DNA of 64,000 nt. Source: Octopus vulgaris. Lineage: Eukaryota. The position numbers and the translations under genes are program-made. Where the stretch lies: positions 25,420,001 through 25,484,000 of the forward strand of contig OX597834.1 in assembly GCA_951406725.2 (NCBI GenBank). Reading direction: 5' to 3'. Below, piece after piece: positions 25,388 through 40,200 of this stretch. The notes under the pieces are model-generated. The model did not search any database and was not told the origin of the DNA. It saw only the letters and a list, made by a program, of their open reading frames with translations. Position 1 is the stretch's first letter; every line of letters begins with the position of its first letter.

Positions 25388-28300
25388 ATGGGCTTCTTTC
25401 AGTTTCTGTCTACCAAGTCCACTCACAAGGCTTTGTTTGGCCTGGGGCTATAGTAGAAGTACTTGCCCAAGGTGACACACAGTAGGATTGAACCCAGAAC
25501 CATTTGGTTGGGAAGCAAGCTTCTCACCACACAGCCACATCTACACTTACATATATAATAGTCTAGGATGGTCATGGTGGTGGTGATGATGATGGTAGTG
25601 ACGGTGGTGGCGGTGATGGTGACATTATGGTGACAGTAGTAATGATGATGATGATGACCTAAATACATTGAGAACAGTGACAGGAAATACTTAGCATCAA
25701 AAGTTGACCATCTTACCCATTAGTGGTAGCCAAGGGTGAAGCCAGGCATGAATGGGCATTGTATCGGTCAACGGGTTCCAGTTTTCTACTTCTTGCATCA
25801 ACCGCGGAAGAATGAGTTGGTCCTGAATATTGTCCAAGATCCATGATGGAAGAACAGGCATCCACACATCCAACAGGTCAATCAATGGATTACACTCTCT
25901 TACATTCCATTGCCTGAAATGGTTGAGAAAACACAAATATTCAATTAAAATCTGACATGACTCACTCACTCAGCTGTGTCCACTCACTTTTACTTATACT
26001 ATTATTACCTATTTCTTTATTACTCACAAGGGGACAAACATAGAGGGGACAAACAAGGACAGACACAGGTATTAAGTTGATTACATCGACCCCAGTACGT
26101 AACTGGTACTTAATTTATCAACCCCGAGAGGATGAAAGGCAAAGTGGACCTCGGTGGAATTTGAACTCACAATGTAACAACAGACGAAATACCACTAAGC
26201 ATTTCGCCCGGCATGCTAACGATTCTGCCAGCTCACTGCCTTATACTATTATTACCACTTCTGCTGCAGCCACTGCCAAACCCCCAGTGCTACTACTACA
26301 ACAACAGTCTCTGCTCTGGTCAAGTAGTATTTTACAACAATTGGCAGGTGAAAAAACATTCGAACGAGGTCGTTGCAAGTGCCGCTGGACTGGCTCCTGT
26401 GCAGGTGGCACATAAAAAGCACCATTGAGCATGGTCGCTGCCAGTACTGCCTGACTGGCCCTCGTGCACCGGTGGCACGTAAAAGCACCCACTACACTCT
26501 TGGAGTGGTTGGCGTTAGGAAGGACATCCAGCTGTAGAAACTCTGCCAGATCAGATTGGGGTCTGGTGCAGCCATCTGGTTCGCCAGACCTCAGTCAAAT
26601 CGTGCTAGCATGGAAAGCGGACGTTAAACGATGATGATGATGATTGGCCTAGACCTGTGTCCACTCTACATATCGTCAAACGCAACAACTACAACAGTCT
26701 CTGCTCTGCTCAATCAAACTACCTTTAAACAAAACACATTATGTCACACACGCATGCACACACACGCACACACAAAATCGCAGTATATACACTAACCATA
26801 ACCCAAACACACATCTACACTCCAGTTCCAGCTTCAAATTTCTACAATGCTTTGCACAGGCCAACAAAGGTGCCTCTACTTGGTCACTCAAACTCTAGAA
26901 ATAGCAGTCAAACTTACCTAAAATCAAACTACATTGTCTTAAGTAAGGAAAGGACACACTGGATGTGATACAACATACCGCAAAATAGACAGTATGGTTA
27001 TGGCTGGAATGTCTCTGATTGTAAATTTCAATCAGGAATGCAACACTCTACAACCCAACACCCAACTTGCAAAACCCCCATCACCAACTTACAGAATGGT
27101 TTTCCTTATCACTGGCATCCAGATATCCCACACAAGTCTTTGGTAAACATCCATGTTGTTGGCATCATAGGCGTATTTGTGATTGCTATCTTCAAGGATA
27201 CAGCGCCATTCTCCCATTACCTCTAGACCCTTCGTATTTTCCTTCAGGGGTTCCCAACTGCTGAAAAACTGCTTCATCTGAAATTCAAAAAAAGTGTAAG
27301 AGGTTAGACAGATTAATAGAACTGGAAGAGGAGAATTGGTACCTTTGTAGAAAGTTCCCCTCCAAGCAAGGTTGTTAGTGGAAGATCAGCAGTGATCCAT
27401 GCATACTAGCCACCCCTCTCTGAGCCACTGATGTTATCCAAGGGAAAGGACAAAGGCCGATACTGCTTGGCACCAGTGGCATCGCAAGTCATTTCCACAG
27501 CTCCTTTACTCTGTGTATGTGGGGGGTGGGGGTGTATGTGTGTGTATACATACATATATGGATGGGTACGGAATATATACAATCATAGACCACTGTAGTA
27601 ATCCACCACTTACCATGGGGAAGGCCAGTGCTATGGCTAATGCTCCAAGGTCATAAAGTTTGTATTCTTCATAATACTCCTCCTGCAGTTTCTTGAACAA
27701 ACTCACACATTCATCTAAACTCATCGCATCTTCAACGTCAGCTTGGGTCCGCTTCTGACAACTGAGAAAGAAAGGGAAGGTAATAAATGGCGGGGTGATC
27801 ATACTTGAGGGTCAAAGGCGGAATGTCACAACAGTTGATGTAGGGCATAGAGGGATAAAGAAAAGCTTGGAATAAAGGGTGTTTTTCAGTGGGTAAACAG
27901 TAGCTGACTGTTGTAGCAGATAAGGGGTAGCTACAGTTGATTGGGGTGGAGGGATAAAGAAAGTTTGGGAATAAAGGATGTTAGATCACAGTGAACAATA
28001 GATGGAAAGAGATGGTTATAATTATTGTTGTTGTTCAGACCTGGATCAGCTCTGACTGAGCACATCTATGACCAAAAGTATTCCAGCCATGACCATCTCA
28101 TCTTTTCTCCTACATGCAGGGAGTCTACAACTACATTGTCTGATGCATCCTATACTTTTTAAGACCGTATGGCGTGTGAGTGCAAGCTGCTATTTCTAGC
28201 AGGTCAGGTGATAACACAGAGCAGTGGTTCTCAACTATTTTTTACCTACAGACCCCTTTGATTACTATTTTATTCTGCTGCTCCCCACCATAGCCATTCA

Positions 28301-31078
28301 ATGTTTAAAATCTAGTTTTATTGATATTTTCTTTCAAAGTTCCTATTTTGTGTTTTCACACATTCACTTGGTTAGATTTGCAATATCACTCACTGAGAGG
28401 ACACAGTTCAGTGTCCAGAAATATGTTGTACTGGTTCCCCAATTAACTATTTTGCTTGCAAGGACCCCCTTTCATTATTATTTTATTATAGTGGGGTGGC
28501 ACATAAAATCACCCACTACACTCTCGGAGTGGTTGGCGTTAGGAAGGGCATCCAGCTGTAGAAACATTGCCAGATCTGACTGGCCTGGTGCAGCCTTCGG
28601 GCTTGCCAGACCCCAGTTGAACCGTCCAACCCATGCTAGCATGGAAAGCGGACGTTAAACGATGATGATGATGATGACCCCACCATAGCTGTTCAATATT
28701 AAAAAAGTAGTTTTATAGATACTTCTTTCAAAATCCTTATTTTCTTTCTCACAAGTCCGTTTGCATAGGTTTGCCATAGCACTCACTGAGAGAACATGTG
28801 TCAAGGGCCAGAAACCTGTCAAACTATGCAAAATGTTTGAGAAAGCAACATAGCTGCTTCTTGCAACAAATACAACTAAAGCAAAATTCCTTCTCACGGA
28901 CCCTTGAAATACAAGTGTAGATCCCCAATTTACTATTTTACTTGCACAGACCCCTAAAAATCTATGGACTGCCAGGGATCACATGGACTCTGATTGAGAT
29001 CTACTGATATAGAAGCTACCTCATTCATTGGTAGTAGATAGTTAAATAGTTGGGGGCTACAGTGGAGCAGGGGGGGCAAAGGTCACAGAAGTGACCTTTG
29101 GAGAAGAGCTTACAATAATGGTTGTTAATGTTAAATCACAAGAGAAGAGAGGGTTGGTGGCTGGAGAAAGTAATTTCTGGCTGTATTAGGTCAGGGGTGA
29201 AAGGTCACAGCAGCCGATATGGTGTGAAGGGGTATCTTCGAATAAAAACTCAATAAAAGAAGGAGTTGGTGAGTGTGGGGTAGGGGAGGGTGATGGCTGG
29301 TAGAAACAGCTGGATTGCCTTTCCTAAAATTGGGAGCTGAGAACAGAGGGTAAATATAAATAGAAAGAGAGAGAGAGATGAATATAAATCAAGAAAAAAA
29401 GAGAGAGAGATAGATACAAATAGAGAAAGACAAAAGAGACAAACCTGCAAACAGAGATATGTTTCTTTATTAGCCACACAGGGCTGCACACAGATAGAAC
29501 AAATTACAAGGTAGAGCTTTTCTTTTGGGGGTAAAAAAAAAAGGGGGGTCGGTCAAAAGGGATTGTAAAATGAAAGAAAGAGGACAAAAAAAGGGGGGAG
29601 TGGGTTTTAAAAAGAAAAGGGGGGCTGACTACAAAGAGAAAGAGAAGGTNNNNNNNNNNNNNNNNNNNNNNNNNNNNNNNNNNNNNNNNNNNNNNNNNNN
29701 NNNNNNNNNNNNNNNNNNNNNNNNNNNNNNNNNNNNNNNNNNNNNNNNNGTTTAGCTTTAAATCCTGAAAGTGCACCCCGCGTATGAAAGACCTTGAGAA
29801 CTTCAAGACTGACTTATGGAACGTTGCAAAGAAGATAGGGTTTTGGCATTATTCTAACCCCTTCCTTGAATCCTTAAATGACTATATGACCAGTATTAAA
29901 CAATCACCCAGTCTACACATCCTCGCAGATAAAACTAGAAAAGCATTCAGAGAGTGCAGACCTCCGCCAAGCAGCTCATTTCCACCCATGTACACGCATG
30001 CTGAAAATCACCCAATTTCCCAAACCAACACCGGCAAAAACATAACCTCCATGGCAGGGGTAAAACACAAAAATAACAGAGCCATATGATTTTAAGAGAA
30101 AAAAAACCTTTAAAAACAGGAATCATCTGAAGCAGTTCACAACCACCAACATCATCAGCAGCAATGTCATTGCTTCCACTTCAACCACATACACCGCCAT
30201 CAATGTTATCATGACGGTTACTTTGACAGTCACTTTCACCACCACAACCAGTATAACCACTGCAATACCACCATCACACAACTAACACTATCATCAATCA
30301 AAGCTTGGCCACAATCAAATGACTGAGACAAGTAAAAGATAAAGGATACATATAAGTACACAGAGAAATATATTCATACACATGGAGAGAAATACAATCA
30401 TATACATACAGAGATATACACTGACACACACACACAAACAAACAAACACACACACACAGTGAAATACATTGACACACACACTAAAATGAAATATATTCAG
30501 CCACACACAGAGTAACACGTACAGAGATATAAATATTGAAATACACATACAGTGAAACACATGCACACACAGTGAAATACACAAACACTCATACAGATTC
30601 AGTGAAATACACATACATACACATACATAGTGACACACAAATACAGAGAAATAACACATCCATACACACATACAGTGCAATATATACACACACATAGTTA
30701 TCTAACAATAGAATATCTTTGAAACTGAAATTGCTACTCACCATTTTTTCAACAAGTTCTTTGAAACTGCTCGGATATGATGGGTTACGCTGCAAAAAAC
30801 AACAAATATTATTATAAAACAAACTGTCATTGTTATCATCATAATTATTATAATTATTTTAAGGCAGCAAGCTGGCAGAATTGTTAGTGTGCCAGGCAAA
30901 ATGATTAGTGGCATTTCATCTGCTTTTACATTCTGACCTCAAATTCCACTAAGGTCCACTTTGCCTTTCATCCTTTCAAAGTCAATAAAATAAGTACCTG
31001 TTGAGTACTTACTCCGTCCCCACAAAACTGCTGGCTTTGTGCCACAATTTGAAAGAACTATTATTATTATTATTATTA

Positions 31079-31113
<35 letters not shown>

Positions 31114-34100
31114 GTGAGAGAGCAGTGCATGCCATCAAAGTGACACTGGGGTGAAATATACAAAGCCCAGTATACCCATCATGACTACCTGTCTGATATG
31201 AGTACACCAGGCACATGCATCACATGTGATCTCATATCAAAATAAACAGTGCATGACTTTGCAGGTGGGGCCCAGTTACAATTTTCTTCAGGTCAAGTAG
31301 CCTATCCCACTTAGTTTGTTTAAGGATGATGAACAAAATACCCCTGTTTTCAGAGGTGAATTATTCAAACCCCAGAGAATTTGAAAGAATGATTATTATT
31401 ATTATTATTGAGTGAGGGAGCAGTGCATGCCATCAAAGTGACACTGGGGTAAAATATATGAAGCCCAGTCTACCCAACATGACTACCTGTCTGATAAGGG
31501 TACACCAGGCACATGCATCACAACCATATGTGCGTGAAATGGTGATTTCATATCAAGATAAACAGCGCATGACTTTGCAGGTGGGGCCCAGTTAGAATTT
31601 TCTTCTGGTCGAGAAGCCCATCCCTCTCAAAAAGGTCCCTGAATAAGGGTTGTTCAAGGATGTTGAACAAAACACCCATGTTTCCAAAGGTGAATTATCC
31701 AAGCCCCAAAGAATCCCTCTCAACACATAGCTATGATGCTCCCCCACTACTTCTGTTCGTGATCAGAGATGCACATATCGTCAGCCACTAAGAGACATGC
31801 TCAACTGGTTATGGTCAAACAACTGACAAACAAATCTGTGGTATTGAGCAGAATATTTGCTGAAGCCAATCTTTTATACCAAGACCAAACATGTACATGA
31901 TAACAATTCCAATCATTTAAAATCAAAAGCCATGAGAGTCACTACCTGGTACTGCATTATCATTATTATTATTATCATTATTATTATTATTATTATTATT
32001 ATCATTATTATTATTATCATTATTATTTCATGTATTGTAGAAGTGTAACCAATTTATTACACATATATTTTAATGGTAAATTATTGTGAGGATGCATGGC
32101 CTAGTGGTTTGGGAAAATAAGGGTCAAAAGGGCCCATAAATAAAAAAATGATAGGGAATTACTGGTTTAACCATTTAGCATTTAAACCAGCCATATCCAG
32201 TCCATATATTCTACCACTTTTATATAGACACTGGCCGTTGCCAGCCTCGCCTGCCCTCTGTGCCGGTGGCACATAAAAAGCACCATCCGATCGTGGCGGT
32301 TTGCCAGCCTCGTCTGGCACCTGTGCCGGTGGCATGTAAAAAGCACCCACTACACTCATGGAGTTGGTTGGCGTTAGGAAGGGCATCCAGCCATAGAAAC
32401 ATTGCCAGATCAGACTGGGCCTGGTGCAGCCTTCTGGCCTCCCAGACCCCAGTTGCACCCATCCAACCCATGCTAGCATGGAAAGCAGACGCTAAATGAT
32501 GATGATGATGATGACGGGCCAGATCCAGCCTCTCACACTTACCTACAATGTAATTCTAAAAATAAACAAGCATATCATCAAAATCTCAAGGCTATGAGAC
32601 GATGCATGATTAATTTTTAAAAAGGAGGATAAACATGCATAACATTTGATAAATTAATCTGAGAGCTAAAAGGTTAAAAGCTGTTTAGACGAATATGTCT
32701 TGGCTGAAGAGGCCCAATACGATAGCTGTAGTGAGGTTTAAAATCAGACAGAGGGAGAGCCACCATTAGAGTGGTTGCTAGGGAAACGTAATGAAGCAAA
32801 ATTGTGGAAACATACATCATAATCTTGAGCTGGGTGATGAGAGACTCCTGAAGTGGGGGGGATCATGTTCAATACTGCTGAAGGTGGTGGAGGTGGTGGT
32901 GCTGATATTGTCCCCATCTGACGGCGTTCGTTGTGTGCAAAATAGGCCATGTTCTCTTTAGCCCCGGGCTGGAAGTAACCAGTGGCGGCACGGTTCATTA
33001 TGTCGAGGGCTCGGTTGAACTGATCTTTTGGTTGGAGAGTGGTAACGGTGGTGGCAGCGGAGAGTGGTAATGGTGGTGGTAGAGATAGGGGGAGGAGAGA
33101 AAAAAAAGAAAAGAAACATATTTTTAAAATGTGTTAATAAACAGAAAACAGAAACATTAGTTTAGCTGTTGTCACACAATTTCCTGCCATACATCATACC
33201 TGTGTCACTCCACAAATACACACCCCACCCACAGCCAAACATACCCTCTCTCTCTCACACATACACACACAAACATACACACACACTCACACACCAAGCT
33301 ACACCAATTACTGCAGCTCTTCTACCTTCACTGCCATACGTCATAGCACTGTCACCAAACATACACACTAATATACACACGCACACATACATACACACAC
33401 ACACACACATGTATTCACATGCACACACACAGCAAGTTACATCATCTCTACCTTCACTGTCAAGCAATGTAATAACACACGTGCCTGCACCATGTAAAAG
33501 ACACATGTACCAGTGCCACATAATATCCATTTGTGCCGGCACCACATGAAAAGCACTTGTGCTGACACCATGTGATATGCACTCCTGCCAGCACCATGTA
33601 GAATGCGCTCATGCCAACACTCGTGCCAGTGGCATGTAGAATGTGCCTGTGCCAGCATCACATGAGAAGCACTTATGCTGGTGTCACATAAAAAGCACTG
33701 GCGTTGGTGCCAAGTAAGAAGCATTTGTACAAGCACCACATAAAATACACAAGTGCCAATGCCATGTTAAATGCACTCATGTGTGCACCATCTGACATGC
33801 ATTCATACCAGCACCACGTAATACATATTCATTCTGGTGCCAAGAGAAATCACCCAGGAATAGTATACAGCCGTGGAAACCATGCCAAAACAGACAAATG
33901 GAACCTAGGCAGGTCTCCAGCTCCTATAAAACCATCCAGCCCATGCCAGCATGAAAAGCAGATATTAAATGATGATGATGAGGAGGAGGAGGAGGAGGAG
34001 GATAATGATTTATATGCCACACACACTCTCAGCAATCATTACATGAAGGTCCTGTGTTTTTAATTAGACATCAAACACTTTTTATTACAGGTAAATACAT

Positions 34101-35243
34101 ACTGTGATGAGTTAAGACAGGTAGGGACTAACACAAAGTCGCAGAAACGCTCTCTGGTATTATCATAGTCATCATCAATATACTCCATTTATTCCATCAT
34201 CATCAATATACTCCATTTATTCCTTTGTCATAAGCCTGTGCCACGGTTTCATTTTTAGCATCAGTACATTTATATGTTTACCTTTAACATAAGCGTGGTT
34301 GAGAAATTCCTCAGGGAACTGTGATTTCCATCCAAGATACCAATTGGTGACCTCTTCATAGTTTGGCATGTTGCTAAGCCAGGTACAAAGCACTTGTAAC
34401 CATTTGGGGAATAAATTCTTCTCCAATATTGATATTAAGTGTGGCAGAGCAATGATATCTCTCCATGACATCATCCAATGTAATGGCTCTATATGAAACA
34501 AAAATGAATAAAGAAAAAAGTTATTATTAACTAAAGCAAACCATTCTTAAATGAGTTATAAATTACTAATGCCTTAACTGCCTCACTAATAACTTCTGCA
34601 ACTATTCTACAAGAATGTATATTGATAGGTAGTTTAGCCAACATTATATCTATCTATCTATCTATCTGTCTATCTACACACACACATACATATACATATA
34701 TATACACAGATGTAAGTTTATGTAATCAACAAAGCCCCTTCACATAAAAGTGCTGGCTTTGTACCAAAATTAGAAACAATCATTCTTATTATTATTATTA
34801 TTATTATTAAAGCTACAAATTGGCAGAATCCACTGGCACAGTGGACAAAATGCTTAGTGGTATTTCGCCCATCTTTAATTCTGAGTTCAAATTCTGCTGA
34901 AGTCGACTTCACCTTTCATCTTTTCAGGGTTGATAAAATAAGAACGAGTTGAGCAGTGGGGTCAATTACATTAACTTACACCTTCTCCCAAAATTGCTGG
35001 CCTTGTGCCAAAATTTGAAACCATAATTATTATTATAGTCACCATGCTTGATCACTAAATCCACATGTTTTTTTTTTATTCTCCTTCTATTTATTTTCTC
35101 TTATTCCTTCCTGTTGAAGAGCACAGGCTCAAAATGTAAAAGACTTTCTCACTTTCCCAAGCACCAAACTAACACACCTGCTTGTTGTGCATACACCTGT
35201 CTTCGTCTTTTGACTTTCTGTAAATTTCAATTATTATTATTAA

Positions 35244-35280
<37 letters not shown>

Positions 35281-37170
35281 TAAAAATAATATACTAACCA
35301 AGGATCTGTTGGTGTGGGTTGATGACAAACTCCTGCATGCAGAGTTCAAGCTTGGGTAGAATGTTCTTCACCAAAAGCCTTCCATGTGACCTGGTTTGAA
35401 GACGCTGACCCATGGCTGAAGAATAACTTTAGCAGACGAGTCTGAAGGATGCCACTTGTTGAGGGCATTGGATAGTTTGTGTCTGATCGGAGCGTAGAGA
35501 GGTTCCAACTTGTCCCCTAGAGAAGAATACAGAAACAGCTTTAAAAAATGTTTTTGTCTCTTGTCATGATTTTATTTATGATTGGCCGTTGCCAGCGCCG
35601 CCCCGACTGGCCTCCGTGCCGGTGGCACGTAAAAAGAACCATCTGATCATTATTATTATTTCATGTATTGTAGAAGTGTAACCAATTTATTACACATATA
35701 TTTTAATGGTAAATTATTGTGAGGATGAATGGCCTAGTGGTTTGGGAAAATAAGGGTCAAAAGGGCCCATAAATAAAAAAATGATAGGGAATTACTGGTT
35801 TAACCATTTAGCATTTAAACCAGTCATATCCAGTCCATATATTCTACCACTTTTATATAGACACTGGCCGTTGCCAGCCTCGCTTGGCCTCTGTGCCGGT
35901 GGCACGTAAAAAGCACCATCCGATCGTGGCCGTTTGCCAGCCTCGTCTGGCACCTGTGCTGGTGGCAAGTAAAAAGCACCCACTACACTCACGGAGTGGT
36001 TGGCGTTAGGAAGGGCATCCAGCCGTAGAAACATTGCCAGATCAGACTGGGCCTGGTGCAGCCTTCTGGCTTCCCAGACCCCAGTTGAACCGTCCAACCC
36101 ATGCTAGCATGGAAAGCAGATGCTAAACGATGATGATGATGATGATGATGATAATGATGATGATTTCCTATGAGTAAATGTTTCAATTAATTTTTAAAAT
36201 GGCAACGATAATTATGAGAATGTTCGGTAAAATATGAAACTGGGACTCTGTTAGTTACAGTGATAAGTGTTCCAGGTGATCCGATCAACGGAACAGCCGG
36301 ATCGTGAAACTAACGTGCAAGTGGCTGAGCACTCCACAGTCATGTGTATCTTTACCATAGTTCTAAGGGAGATTCAGCATGATACAGTATGTGAAACGGC
36401 TAACCTTTGTGAATTACAGGTACTACTCGTTTTTGACAGCTGGGTGGATGGGAGCAACATGAAATAAAGTGTCTTGCTCAAGAACACAATACGTCACTGG
36501 GAATTGATCTCATGTCATTACGACCATGAGCCAACTACTGTAACCACTGAGCTGTGCAACATGAAATAAAGTGTCTTGCTCAAGAACACAATACGTGGGA
36601 ATTGATCTCATCTTACGATACCAACTACTGTCACTGGGCTCAAGAACAATTGATCTCATGTCATTATGACCATGAGCCAACTACTGTAACCACTGAGCTG
36701 TGCATCAATCTATATACCTGCTATACATTGGTGTCAACCAACTGAAGTCTCTTAGAATCGTTTATATTATTCTGGGATCTTGGTTGAGGTTTTAATTTAA
36801 ATGCAAATTCTTCAGTACCAGTGATCTTAGGTGGATTGTTACAGAAATGTCTACGTATTTTGTCAGGGTCCACTATGAAGTTGAAAAGTGTAGGGAATGT
36901 ACCTCAGAGTTACCCAAGGTAAAGAAAAAGTGGCGTTTTGCTGAAGGGTGGGTGTTGTCAGTTAAGTGTAGATTTAACAATGAGAATTTGACAATTAGAA
37001 TTGTCAAAGGCCAATTTCGACAGTGGCAAAAGACAATTATATAATAATGGTTACTGGCTGTCAAGCAATGGTGGGAGGCAAATATACTCGCAAAGACAGA
37101 TACATAAATATATATATATATATATCATCATCATCGTCACCCTTTAACATCTGTTTTCCATGCTGACATA

Positions 37171-37210
<40 letters not shown>

Positions 37211-40200
37211 ATGGGCTTCTTTCAGTTTCTGTCTACCAAGTCCACTCACAAGGCTTTGTTTGGCCTGGGGCTATAGTAGAAGTACTTGCCCAAGGTGACA
37301 CACAGTAGGATTGAACCCAGAACCATTTGGTTGGGAAGCAAGCTTCTCACCACACAGCCACATCTACACTTACATATATAATAGTCTAGGATGGTCATGG
37401 TGGTGGTGATGATGATGGTAGTGACGGTGGTGGCGGTGATGGTGACATTATGGTGACAGTAGTAATGATGATGATGATGACCTAAATACATTGAGAACAG
37501 TGACAGGAAATACTTAGCATCAAAAGTTGACCATCTTACCCATTAGTGGTAGCCAAGGGTGAAGCCAGGCATGAATGGGCATTGTATCGGTCAACGGGTT
37601 CCAGTTTTCTACTTCTTGCATCAACCGCGGAAGAATGAGTTGGTCCTGAATATTGTCCAAGATCCATGATGGAAGAACAGGCATCCACACATCCAACAGG
37701 TCAATCAATGGATTACACTCTCTTACATTCCATTGCCTGAAATGGTTGAGAAAACACAAATATTCAATTAAAATCTGACATGACTCACTCACTCAGCTGT
37801 GTCCACTCACTTTTACTTATACTATTATTACCTATTTCTTTATTACTCACAAGGGGACAAACATAGAGGGGACAAACAAGGACAGACACAGGTATTAAGT
37901 TGATTACATCGACCCCAGTACGTAACTGGTACTTAATTTATCAACCCCGAGAGGATGAAAGGCAAAGTGGACCTCGGTGGAATTTGAACTCACAATGTAA
38001 CGACAGACGAAATACCGCTAAGCATTTCGCCTGGCGTGCTAACGATTCTGCCAGCTCACCGCCTTATACTATTATTACCACTGCTGCTGCTGCCACTGCC
38101 AAACCCCCAGTGCTACTACTACAACAACAGTCTCTGCTCTGGTCAAGTAGTATTTTACAACAATTGGCAGGTGAAAAAACATTCGAACGAGGTCGTTGCA
38201 AGTGCCGCTGGACTGGCTCCTGTGCAGGTGGCACATAAAAAGCACCATTGAGCATGGTCGCTGCCAGTACTGCCTGACTGGCCCTCGTGCACCGGTGGCA
38301 CGTAAAAGCACCCACTACACTCTTGGAGTGGTTGGCATTAGGAAGGACATCCAGCTGTAGAAACTCTGCCAGATCAGATTGGGGTCTGGTGCAGCCATCT
38401 GGTTCGCCAGACCTCAGTCAAATCGTGCTAGCATGGAAAGCGGATGTTAAACAATGATGATGATGATTGGCCTAGACCTGTGTCCACTCTACATATCATC
38501 AAACACCACAACTACAACAGTCTCTGCTCTGCTCAATCAAACTACCTTTAAACAAAACACATTATGCCACTCACACATGCACACACGTGGCATGCACACA
38601 CACACACACAAAATCGCAGTATATACACTAACCATAACCCAAACACACATCTACACTCCAGTTCCAGCTTCAAATTTCTACAATGCTTTGCACAGGCCAA
38701 CAAAGGTGCCTCTACTTGGTCACTCAAACTCTAGAAATAGCAGTCAAACTTACCTAAAATCAAACTACATTGTCTTAAGTAAGGAAAGGACACACTGGAT
38801 GTGATACAACATACCGCAAAATAGACAGTATGGTTATGGCTGGAATGTCTCTGATTGTAAATTTCAATCAGGAATGCAACACTCTACAACCCAACACCCA
38901 ACTTGCAAAACCCCCATCACCAACTTACAGAATGGTTTTCCTTATCACTGGCATCCAGATATCCCACACAAGTCTTTGGTAAACATCCATGTTGTTGGCA
39001 TCATAGGCGTATTTGTGATTGCTATCTTCAAGGATACAGCGCCATTCTCCCATTACCTCTAGACCCTTCGTATTTTCCTTCAGGGGTTCCCAACTGCTGA
39101 AAAACTGCTTCATCTGAAATTCAAAAAAAGTGTAAGAGGTTAGACAGATTAATAGAACTGGAAGAGGAGAATTGGTACCTTTGTAGAAAGTTCCCCTCCA
39201 AGCAAGGTTGTTAGTGGAAGATCAGCAGTGATCCATGCATACTAGCCACCCCTCTCTGAGCCACTGATGTTATCCAAGGGAAAGGACAAAGGCCGATACT
39301 GCTTGGCACCAGTGGCATCGCAAGTCATTTCCACAGCTCCTTTACTCTGTGTATGTGGGGGGTGGGGGTGTATGTGTGTGTATACATACATATATGGATG
39401 GGTACGGAATATATACAATCATAGACCACTGTAGTAATCCACCACTTACCATGGGGAAGGCCAGTGCTATGGCTAATGCTCCAAGGTCATAAAGTTTGTA
39501 TTCTTCATAATACTCCTCCTGCAGTTTCTTGAACAAACTCACACATTCATCTAAACTCATCGCATCTTCAACGTCAGCTTGGGTCCGCTTCTGACAACTG
39601 AGAAAGAAAGGGAAGGTAATAAATGGCGGGGTGATCATACTTGAGGGTCAAAGGCGGAATGTCACAACAGTTGATGTAGGGCATAGAGGGATAAAGAAAA
39701 GCTTGGAATAAAGGGTGTTTTTCAGTGGGTAAACAGTAGCTGACTGTTGTAGCAGATAAGGGGTAGCTACAGTTGATTGGGGTGGAGGGATAAAGAAAGT
39801 TTGGAATAAAGGATGTTAGATCACAGTGAACAATAGATGGAAAGAGATGGTTATAATTATTGTTGTTGTTCAGACCTGGATCAGCTCTGACTGAGCACAT
39901 CTATGACCAAAAGTATTCCAGCCATGACCATCTCATCTTTTCTCCTACATGCAGGGAGTCTACAACTACATTGTCTGATGCAATCCTATACTTTTTAAGA
40001 CCGTATGGCGTGTGAGTGCAAGCTGCTATTTCTAGCAGGTCAGGTGATAACACAGAGCAGTGGTTCTCAACTATTTTTTACCTACAGACCCCTTTGATTA
40101 CTATTTTATTCTGCTGCTCCCCACCATAGCCATTCAATGTTTAAAATCTAATTTTATTGATATTTTCTTTCAAAATTCCTATTTTGTATTTTCACACATT

